A DNA stretch of 36,279 nucleotides from Conidiobolus incongruus B7586 (Eukaryota): the NCBI GenBank assembly GCA_000697335.1, contig JNEM01011498.1:1-36279 (forward strand), written 5' to 3'. A program made the translations under genes and the position numbers. The notes beneath the pieces are model-generated. The model was given only the letters and a program-made list of their open reading frames with translations, ran no database searches and was not told the origin of the DNA. Below, one piece after another: positions 13,976 to 23,379 of this stretch. How positions within the stretch are numbered: position 1 is the first letter of the stretch; the number at the start of each line of letters is the position of its first letter.

Positions 13976-14630
13976 ATACATAATTTTGCCTATTTTTCTG
14001 ACTCTAAAATATAAAATCAAGATATAATCCCATTAAAAAATCTTTGATATTAAAATAAACCGGGAAAGGTTGATATTATATAAATACCAAGTGGGCTCAG
14101 ACTTTACAAGGTTTTTGAATTTATTTAATTCAATATTTAAGGAGATAATATAATTAATCAAAAAATATAATATACAAAAATCAATATATATCATAAAAAA
14201 CAAAGTCATATATCATAGGCCTAATAGATCAAAGTATAGGTTCCTTTAATATGAAACTATTTAGGATATTAGACCAGAACTTAATTATAAATACTATATC
14301 TTTTGAATCTTATTAGAATAAGCATATAAAAAGGATATCATTGAAATTACTATCATTAACAAAGTATAATCTAATTATATAAAATTAAACTTTTTAAATT
14401 TTATTTTAAAAAACAAATTCCGAACTTATAATCCTTAGTTAAAATATCAATAAAATTAATTAAACCAAAGAATATATATAATAATTTTTTCAATTTGGTA
14501 CTAATTTCTAATATAAAATATTTTGTTATATTTATTATAAAACAATATATATTAAATATAACCTGATATAATAAATAGTAAATAATAAAGGTTTTTGTCA
14601 ATTTTGCAATAAAAAGACTTATTAAATTAT
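13976..14630 (+). pseudogene. tnpA: IS607-type TnpA remnant (MerR-like HTH + serine recombinase)
   Basis: The frame from 13976 reads IHNFAYFSDSKI*NQDIIPLKNL*Y*NKPGKVDII*IPSGLRLYK, cf. TLRRW..GKI..IRTPGG.RRY. KI*YTKIN at 14162-14185 corresponds to catalytic ..YARVS. After a frameshift, 14232 onward reads KYRFL*YETI*DIRPELNYKYYIF*ILLE*AYKKDIIEITIINK, cf. DIGSGLNYKR.GL..LLE....GDI.EIV...KDRL. IIKVF appears near 14582. Confidence 0.8.
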
Positions 14631-14699
14631 CTAAAATAAGAATGTAAGCTTATAATTATTTTATATTGAAGTTGAAAAATTGATTTAATTAAAATTAAG

Positions 14700-15494
14700 A
14701 TATTAAAAACCTGATTATTAACAAAAAGTTATTTCAAGAAAATAATCTAATAATATTATATTTTAATTATATTTATATTATTAATATATTAACTTAAATA
14801 ATTAAACAACAGCTAGATAAAATTGAATTATGTGTTTTATTTTCAAAAAACTAATTTAGTAATTTTTTAATATTCTAATATTAATAAAGATTAAAAGTAA
14901 TAACTAACTTATTTGATATAATAAAAACAAAAAACTATTTTAGTTTATAAATTTAGCATATAATTTTAATATTGTTTTATTTTAATTTGTTTATGAATTA
15001 GAAATTAAAAGATATATGAGGAATTTTATTATTATTAATTAATTCATCACAAGCTGTGAATTAAATAGTTTCAAAAGCAAAGAATAGAAAAAATTAAAAA
15101 TATCAAAAAAGAAATTAAAAATCATATAAGAAATTGATCAAATTAACTATTAAAAATATCATATTACTTTTTGAATTCAAGACTCAAAATATAAAAGAGC
15201 CAATAAATATATTAGAAATAAAAACATATAATCAATTTTAAATGGTATTTTACAAATTCAAACAAACCTGACAAAACCAAAGAACAGAATATATTAGGCA
15301 TAAGGTAATAATTTGTGACAAGCATTAAAAGCAAAAAATTGTAATTACTAACATCCATATATATTGAATCAAGTAATACTTTCAAGTGTCCTTATTATTA
15401 TGTAAAGATAGATCGAAATATCAATGCTGCTAGAAACATACTCGTTTGCTATCTAAGGGTCGATCAAGCTAGTCTTCTAGGATTGGTGTGGTGA
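14700..15494 (+). pseudogene. TnpB/Fanzor2 RNA-guided nuclease remnant
   Basis: 15152 onward reads KNIILLFEFKTQNIKRANKYIRNKNI*SIL, followed by frameshifted W..YKFKQ and VIICDKH (RuvC-II position, E->K). 15381-15494 reads FKCPYYYVKIDRNINAARNILVCYL (zinc finger + RuvC-III DRDxNAARNI). HHKL*IK*FQK and IKKEIKNH lie at ~15045-15130. RuvC-I is not recognisable and the 5' limit is tentative. Confidence 0.85.
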
Positions 15495-15655
15495 CTTACT
15501 ACCTCCTTGGAGTCTCTGTACTCTATACAAAGCGGACAAATATATGATTAAATTTGAATGATTATAAAATTGTAAAGATTATAAATTTAATTTTTGAGAT
15601 TTTCATAATTACAGATAAATTTGTAATAATTGTTTCAATTTGAAATTTAGATCAA
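15456..15655 (+). ncRNA. Candidate (decayed) omegaRNA scaffold / right end of the Fanzor2 element
   Basis: Lies directly 3' of the RuvC-III motif, where TnpB/Fanzor guide scaffolds are encoded. Stems: 15469-15475/15480-15486, 15508-15513/15520-15525, 15609-15615/15620-15626, 15633-15637/15641-15645. The first three contain G-U pairs on the + strand. Confidence 0.45.
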
Positions 15656-16283
15656 GTATCTATTGAACTAATTTGTTTCAATAATAAATAATATTAACCA
15701 CTGCTTTTTTTATTTTAGTCAGCTATAATTTAGTTTGTTAAATCTTATAACAAAAACATTTCATCATGATTAATTTGTCATTAATAAAATAGAATTTTGA
15801 ATGATATGGTTTGATGCTCAAAGTATAAATATTTTATATTCAATTATTACATTATAAAAAAATTATGATGAAATCGAATCAAAATTAAACCTTAATAAAA
15901 ATTATGGTATAATATAAAAATTGGAGAAGATACCAGTTATTTCTAGATATTTTCTATTGTGTCAAATAATAGTATATCAAAATTGATATAGTGTTTAGAT
16001 CAATATATAGAAATATATATGATTTAAAGAAATAAATCTAAATGTGATTTGTTCAATAGGAATCCAAACAACTTAAAAATAGCGTGCGCACTATGTAATA
16101 TTAAATATATTTTAATTGATATTATCAAATTTTTCAAGATATGAATAATAATAAAAATGTTTGATAATAGATCAGAATTGGTAATCCCATAATTCCAAAA
16201 CAAATGTATTTGATATATATGTTTATTATTAGATTTTGATAACTTCAGCTTTAATTTTAAATATATAATTTTATTAATTCAAA

Positions 16284-17159
16284 ATGGTCTCGTTCGGTAA
16301 TAACCAATTCTTGACATATAATCTTAAATAATCATTAACTCTATATTTCATAGTTTGCAATCAATGCCAAGAAACTGTCAAAAAGCCCAAATTAGACCAG
16401 CATAAGGGTAGATGTTATGGAGCTAACTTTACTTGTATCGATTGTTATACCGATTTTAAAGGCGTAGAATATAGAAGCCATACTAGTTGTATTTCTGAAG
16501 CTGAAAAGTATCAAAAATCATTATATAAGGGTCCTAAGGTAAATATTTATTATTTTTTATCTACTTGATGATTTTTTTTAAATCGATTTCTAGAAAAATC
16601 AGCAAAATAATAATAAGCATAACAATAACAATAACAAGAATAATAACAAGAATAACAATCAAATCAACAACGATAATGAAGCTCCTAAGCCAGTTAGTAT
16701 TATGGAAGAGTTAAAGAATAAAGAAGATAACAAGCGCAAAGAAATTGATTCTAACGAAACTGAAACCACAGCCAAAAAATCTAAGACCAGCACTGAAGAT
16801 AAGCGACTTACAAAATGGGATAAAAAAGAATTACCCAGTGATATTAAGTTAGCTGTTCAATTGGGTATTAAGAAATTATTAGAAAAAGTATTACATCTGT
16901 TTTGAATTATATAGTAACTAGTACTAACTTTATAATTTATAGAATGGTCAATTAACCTATAAAAAACTAAACAAAAAATTATCCAAATTATTTGAAGAAC
17001 ATCCTAAGAAAGATCAATTTAAATCTAAAGACATCGAAACTACTTTCAACGAAATGGTAATCTCATTTGTATCTATAAACTTAACATAATATAATTAATA
17101 TGATTATTTAGATCACTTTCAAATTGACAGATGACAAAATTCAGACCAGTTTTAACTAA
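16284..17159 (+). CDS. LYAR: LYAR-type C2HC zinc-finger nucleolar protein
   Basis: Five exons spliced in frame: 16284-16296, 16354-16538, 16594-16887, 16943-17056, 17112-17159. Protein begins MVSFVCNQCQETVKKPKLDQHKGRC..FTCIDC..F..YRSHTSCISEAEKYQ, followed by an Asn/Lys-rich linker. Confidence 0.92.
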
Positions 17160-17728
17160 TTTATTATTCGTTATATAAATAGACTCTAGACTTTATCTTT
17201 TATTGACATTATTTTTATTAATTATTTTTTTTTGAGTGAATTGATTATTAAGGGATACAGTTATAAATCCTCATAATATGCGCTGAATAAACCTTCTCAA
17301 GCGTCCATTTTGATATTATATATCATTATACCTTTATAAATTTGTTTCTATGATATCCCACAGTATATTTTGAACTAACATAAAGGTTGCAATTATATAA
17401 TTTGTGATGTTATCATTTATTTATATTTAATTTAAAAAAACATTATTCCAATACTGTAAATACATCTTGTAATAAATTGATAATATATACATAATATTTT
17501 CCTATTTTAAGCTATTTAAATTTTTGTGATTTTTTATATTCAATTTGTAACTTTATATATGATTAGGATGTTTGAAATTTTATTAAAATTTTTTTCCCAA
17601 TTTATATTCAAATTTATAATAGAGATACATTATTTATAGTTAAAACATTACGTATTACTGGTTGTAGATATTATGAATTAACAAACTCATATAAACAAAA
17701 TATATTGTATTTACTGATTAATAATATT

Positions 17729-18058
17729 GTCGCGGATTGGGAGATCCGCTCGCAGTTCAATTTTAACTGTTCGTGTTGATTCCGAATGTGGTCCACTCAC
17801 AAATACCAGGCACAATCCTTGTACAATGGAAAATTCCAGACTATAGTAGTAATTGGAATTTTAACAAATTGGCAAAGGACTAACCACGCTATAAAATAGT
17901 CACTGTGCACCTATTCGCTCAGGGATCATCTCGATCAGGGCCAAGCCCTACACCTTAATATTTTAATAAAACCCTTTAAAGTATCACATTAGTTGTCCTT
18001 GGCCAGTTTTATCGAATTTAAGTGATCTATATTGCAAGTCTACTTCCTAGAAGACCTG
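17729..18058 (-). ncRNA. Unidentified structured RNA candidate (~330 nt)
   Basis: GC-elevated island in AT-rich intergenic DNA with no ORF of 60 aa or more. Many nested helices have G-U pairs that work on the minus strand. An ACA triplet follows the last hairpin. Confidence 0.5.
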
Positions 18059-18269
18059 TAATATATAAAAACAAATCCAGCATAATTGTTCAATAAATAT
18101 TTTCCAAGTTCAAAATTGTTAATTACTATTAAATACACAAATGTCTAAATTACAACCTCAATGAGCATTCCCATAAATTTTCTAATGATCCTTCAATTGA
18201 TTCAAATTAATTCTAAATTGACTGCTCAAAATGCAATAAACAAAACCCAAATAAATAATAATAATAATA

Positions 18270-18617
18270 ATGAAATACGCCAAAAAGAGCAGAGAACTTG
18301 AAGATAGTGACTATTTAAAAGATCCTAGATGTATTCAAATTACGAAATGTTTACCATGTAGGGGTGATGAAGACAAAGTGGCATCGTACTGTCAACTTAC
18401 ACATCATTATCAAAAATTACAATGCATTGACCTACCTACTACAAAGACGATATCCTGTAACCCTAGCGACCAACATAACCAACAGTTAAATTACTTTTAC
18501 TTTCAGACGACTTGTCTTATATTGACAACACTATTTTTCAGTTTGGTATTATTTAGAAGGAGAAAGATTAGGAATGATCATTATAAAAAATTATTGAATC
18601 AATTAGATAATAGTTAA
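18270..18617 (+). CDS. JTB (jumping translocation breakpoint)-like single-pass membrane protein
   Basis: Six-Cys ectodomain (C..CLPC..YC..LQC..SC), then YFYFQ, a hydrophobic helix, RRRK and a short tail ending KKLLNQLDNS. This matches the JTB layout. The 5' end is uncertain (see findings). Confidence 0.7.
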   Translation: MKYAKKSRELEDSDYLKDPRCIQITKCLPCRGDEDKVASYCQLTHHYQKLQCIDLPTTKTISCNPSDQHNQQLNYFYFQTTCLILTTLFFSLVLFRRRKIRNDHYKKLLNQLDNS

Positions 18618-19735
18618 TAAATTTTTCATTTATTTCTTTTTTTTGTGATATTTTTTTTATTAATAATTGTATATTTACCTTTAATCTTTTATATTTTAGT
18701 AATACTCGAGAGATATTTCTTTATATGAAAGCAAGTAATAAATTATAATACCACGTGGTTATACGCCATTGTAATAATATTCATACATTTACCATGTATC
18801 CAATATATTTATACCTTTCTAGTGTATTTGATATAATATATTACTAATAATTTTCAATTATTCAAGATATCCCTTATGATATATTGTAAATAGAATGCTC
18901 TAAAGCATATTTATTATTTCAATCAATATCAGTTAGTAATTAAATAAAAATCATTATTAAACTTAAAGTTATATATCTTGATAATTTTTATATATTTATA
19001 CAAGTATATAACAAAATTTGAAATATTTATCAATAATAAAAAATATTCATATTAATAAAAATTATATAATATTGTTGAAAAAGATATAAATTTTAAATTG
19101 TACAATGATTATAATGAGGTAGTTAAAGATAATAACTTTAATAAAGCAACTATAGCAATTTGTATCAAAACAACTTTTGATTAAAATTATTTATATAAGC
19201 TATATGTATATATTTCAAAAAAAAAAAACTGTATTGAAAACAATTTAATAATTAATTCCTCAAGTATCGTAAAAAATTGGTATATATTATATTCAAGAAT
19301 CCTAGTTTAATAAATTATTATAAGATGATTTGAAGTCTAATATATGTTAATAAATTATACAACTATATAAGATTATTTTTATTTATTGATATTCAACTTT
19401 TGATTAGATAATATTACTAAAATATCAATTTTTACTTATAAAAATTTTATTATAATTGATAATGTTTATGAAATAATTAAATTTTTACTTTTGTGTTATA
19501 TTACACATATATACATAACTTAATAATAATAATAATAATGATTATTATTACACTTTGATATATTTTATATTTTGATTAATAGTAAAATCAATCAAATTAC
19601 ACAATATTCACAACTTTGGTCTATTAAATTGGCTGAATTTAGACCCATATTTATTTTAGTCTGAATTAACAATGTTAAAAAATGACTTTACTGACTTCAT
19701 CATTAATATTGAATTAATGCTAATATTCAAATAAT

Positions 19736-22304
19736 ATGAGTTCATCAAACGATCAATCAGATTCCCTATTTATCGAATTAAAAAATAATTATGATAATGA
19801 TAATTTGGAAAAATGTTTAGAATTGGTTGAAAATAGTAATATAATCTTATCAATAAATTGATAGTATGCTAAATTTCATATAGTTTTATCAATTAACAAT
19901 CAAGATCAAGACGCACTTTACATCCGAGTTATTTTGCACTTAAGATTAGATAATTATGAAAAAGCTCTTACCTGTATCGGTTTGCTCAGTGCTAAAACTG
20001 TTAAAGAGCTCAATTTAATCTATGAACATCTGTATATTTTATACAGTTTAAATAAGTTTGAAGAGTTTGAAAAAGTTTGGAAGAGGGATGTAGCTAACGA
20101 TACTCAACTTAAAAATAGTTTAAAGTTTGGAGTTTTGAACGCTCAATTGGTATGATTTATAAATTATTCATATATACATCTAGTGTGTTTATTAAAGATA
20201 TAACTTTTTTAGGCCTATAAGAGAGAAGATTACGCTAAAGCTATTGAACTTTATGAAAAAGTTTTACCTCAAGTTGACCAAGTATTCTATTTTGTATTTT
20301 TATTATTATGTCACACTAATTTTATTATTCTGTATGTTAGCAAGATTCCAGTTATACCGAATTATATACCAACTATCTTGCAAGTATTGCTAGTTATAAA
20401 TTCAATACTCCTAAAATTGAATGGGTAATATATTTTTTAAATATTATTATAATATTAATTTAACATATAATATTTATTTCAGAAAAACATCCCATCTGAT
20501 CAATCCCTAACCAATAATTCAGCTTACTCTACCAGCTACGAAGCTAATTATAACTATGCTAGTAATTTAATTGCTTCCAATTCTTCTGATAAGGAAATCA
20601 AAGATTGGCTGAATAAGGCTATCAAGCTTAGCGAAGATAGCATAAGCGGATCTGACTACACTCAAGAAGAAATTGATATCGAATTAGCTCCTATGTTGCT
20701 TCAATTGGCTTATCATCATCACAAATTAGGTGAATTAAACGAAGCTCAAGCTATTTATGAAAAAGTGATTAACTTAAAGTAATAGCATTCAATGATATTA
20801 GCTATGCCAATACTAACAATTCATTAATTTAGTCAAGTAAAGACTTCATTCCATCCAATTGCTTTGAACAATTTAAATTGTATCAAGTTGCAAGAACTTG
20901 ACAACAGCTCATTAAATGATTCCTTCCAAGATATTTATAAATTGTATCAAGAATATAAATCCATCTATTCCAAAGCTTCTCAAAACAATTTGCAAAATTA
21001 TCAAATTCAATCTATTAAATTTAATAATGCATTGGCTGCTTTGTTGATTGGAAATGTATGTATATATAATGACCATACTTTTTTCAGTTACTAATCCATT
21101 CATTATTTAGTATGGTAGAGCTCAATCTTTCGCTCAACAATTGATTGGTACTTCAAGTGAATCGATTGATGCTAAATTGTTGCAATGTGATATTTTAAAT
21201 ACTAAAAAGGGAATTCAAAAAGCTCAAAGTGTTCTTAAGGTATTTATTGAAAGTATACAATTAAAATTAAATACTAAATACATGAATTATAAAGGAATTT
21301 GTAGAAAAGAATCCCCAGGATCCTACCGGTTATATGGCTTTAGCTCAACTTTCTCTTACTAAGCTCCGCTACAACAATGCTATTCAACATTTAGAACAAT
21401 TTCGATCTAACGTCGTTTCCAACAAGGATTCATATTATTTACCTGGTGTTATTGGAACTTTAGTTTGGTTGTATGTATCATCTAATCAATTTGATAAAGC
21501 TGAGAAGTTACTTTCTGAATGTCAATCTTCAGAAAATCCTTATAAGGTAAATATTATATAAAACCAATAGTTATTAAATATATTAACATATCAATTTAGA
21601 GCGAATTGAGCAAGTATATTCCTGATCAATTAGCTCAAATTAAGTTAAAGACAGGAAACCCTGAAGAATCAGTAAAAATGTATAAATCTCTCTTAGAACA
21701 AGACCCTAATCAACTCTCATCTATTGCTGGATTGGTCAATGCCTTAAGCCACATAGATCTCGAATCTGCTCAACAGTATGCTGCTCAACTCCCTTCGATC
21801 TCTGAGACGAGACCTAGAATCCCTAATTCCATTGCTAAGGATTGGGATCAAATTCAAGATTCTAATACCTCTTTACAGTAACATTAATATCACATATATT
21901 ACACTCAAATACTAAAATAATAATTTATTTTCAGATCATCTCGTAAACGCAAAAACCGACGTAAGAATCCTGCTCCTAAATTACAAAAGTCTGGTGGTAA
22001 AATCGATCCTGAGAGATGGTTACCACTCAAAGATCGTAGTTACTACAAACCCAAAAACAAGTCTAAAAAGATCCGAGGAACTCAGGGAGCTTCCCACGCC
22101 AAGGTCCACGACAATCAACATGATGAAGAGAAAGTGTTTGGTGTCCAAACTAAATCTCAGCCGTAAGTTATCTAAATTAAATGATAAATAATTCCAAACT
22201 AACCAATTTTATTTAGTGCTGCTGAAGAATCCCCTAAACCCAAGGCAAGCAGTAACAAATCCAAAAATAAGAAGAAAGGCAAAGGGAAGAACAGTAAATT
22301 TTAA
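19736..22304 (+). CDS. SRP72: Signal recognition particle subunit SRP72
   Basis: About 11 exons: 19736-19835, 19884-20149, 20213-20281, 20341-20424, 20483-20778, 20833-21055, 21111-21239, 21295-21546, 21600-21877, 21935-22162, 22217-22304. TPR-like helices, AQLAYKREDY, YEANYNYA, EEIDIELAP, and the RNA-binding motif DPERWLPLKDRSYYKP..GTQG at ~22005-22088. Lys-rich tail. Confidence 0.95.
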
Positions 22305-22525
22305 AATTTTAAAAACATTACACTTTTTTAATAAATTCATTTTCATTTAATATTTAATCAAAATCTTTTTTTCAATATTTATTCAAATTCAATACTGTTA
22401 ATATCATAATTCAAATAATCCCATAATAATGATTAGGTATAAAAAAATTATAAAAACTATGTCACAAATGACACTAAATTTTCGACGAATGGACTATTAA
22501 TGAGTACCAACAATTAAAAAATAAA

Positions 22526-23379
22526 ATGACATCATTATTTAGTCGATTGGACGTACCTTCCAGCTACAGAGATAACAAATACACTGTAAATATAAACATA
22601 ACATACATTCCCAATATAATTAATAATTCTGATGAATAGGGAGATCATATTGATTTACAAAATGAGTTGAGTGTTACTAGCACTTTATACGTTGGGAACC
22701 TATCATTCTACACCACTGAAGAACAGATTTACGAGGTGTTTATTAAGTGCGGCGAAATTAAGAGAATTATTATGGGGTTAGATAGAATTAAGAAGACACC
22801 TTGTGGGTTTTGCTTTGTCGAGTAATTAATAATAAGTCAGTCTTATTGATATGATATTAATTTCTGAGTAGATATTACCGTCATCAAGATGCTTTGGATT
22901 GCCTCAAATACATTAATGGCACCAAGTTGGATGAGCGTATTATTCGTACCGATTTAGACCCTGGTTTTAAGGAGGGTAGACAGTTTGGTAGAGGAAAGAG
23001 TGGTGGTCAGGTAGCTATTTCATCATTTAAGTTTATATCATTTACTTGAATAACTCATAATTTATCCCTAGGTTCGTGACGAATTCAGGCAAGAATACGA
23101 TCCCGGTCGTGGTGGCTGGGGTCACTTGAAGGCCAAACAAGAGGCCGAAACCGGTAACACCGTTGAAACCCGTTACGCCAATACCACCACCGCTCCAAGT
23201 GGTGCTCCCTCAGAATTTGTTGCTACTAGCGAACCTGGTAATTGTCATGATGTATTTCATATTCTTTTGTCACTAAATATATACCATTTAATATAGATAC
23301 CAAGCGCAAGAGAGATAGAGATGGAAGCGACGAAGAGAATAACGATAACGACGGCAGAAAACATATTAGAGAAGATTGA
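22526..23379 (+). CDS. CBC2: Nuclear cap-binding protein subunit 2 (CBP20/NCBP2)
   Basis: Exons 22526-22585, 22640-22821, 22872-23010, 23072-23237, 23297-23379. Motifs [37 protein letters not shown] and [24 protein letters not shown]. Confidence 0.97.

Larger units (their letters stand above)
13976..15655 (+). mobile_element. Decayed IS607-family transposon (tnpA + tnpB/Fanzor2 + candidate right end)
   Basis: Two co-oriented pseudogenes in canonical IS607 order: serine-recombinase TnpA, then TnpB/Fanzor2 with zinc-finger and RuvC-III motifs. A hairpin-rich non-coding tail follows. Boundaries are approximate and the left end may extend to ~13665. Confidence 0.8.

Noticed and set aside
14401..14601. 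66-aa minus-strand ORF from the ORF track
   Set aside because: Low-complexity I/F/Y/K peptide with a non-ATG start, lying antisense to the tnpA remnant; a chance ORF.
17770..17830. U11/U1-like words (GTGAGTGG, CGGAATCAACA, CCATTGTAC) on the minus strand
   Set aside because: No proper 5' splice-site recognition sequence and no correctly placed Sm site.
17910..17940. U3 box A-like CAGGGATCAT on the plus strand
   Set aside because: No downstream boxes C', B, C or D in the right order, and G-U pairing favours the opposite strand.
17905..17942. TPP-riboswitch-like CCUGAUC..AUGAU..GCG on the minus strand
   Set aside because: The required upstream CUGAGA motif and P2/P3 are absent, and no thiamine gene is adjacent.
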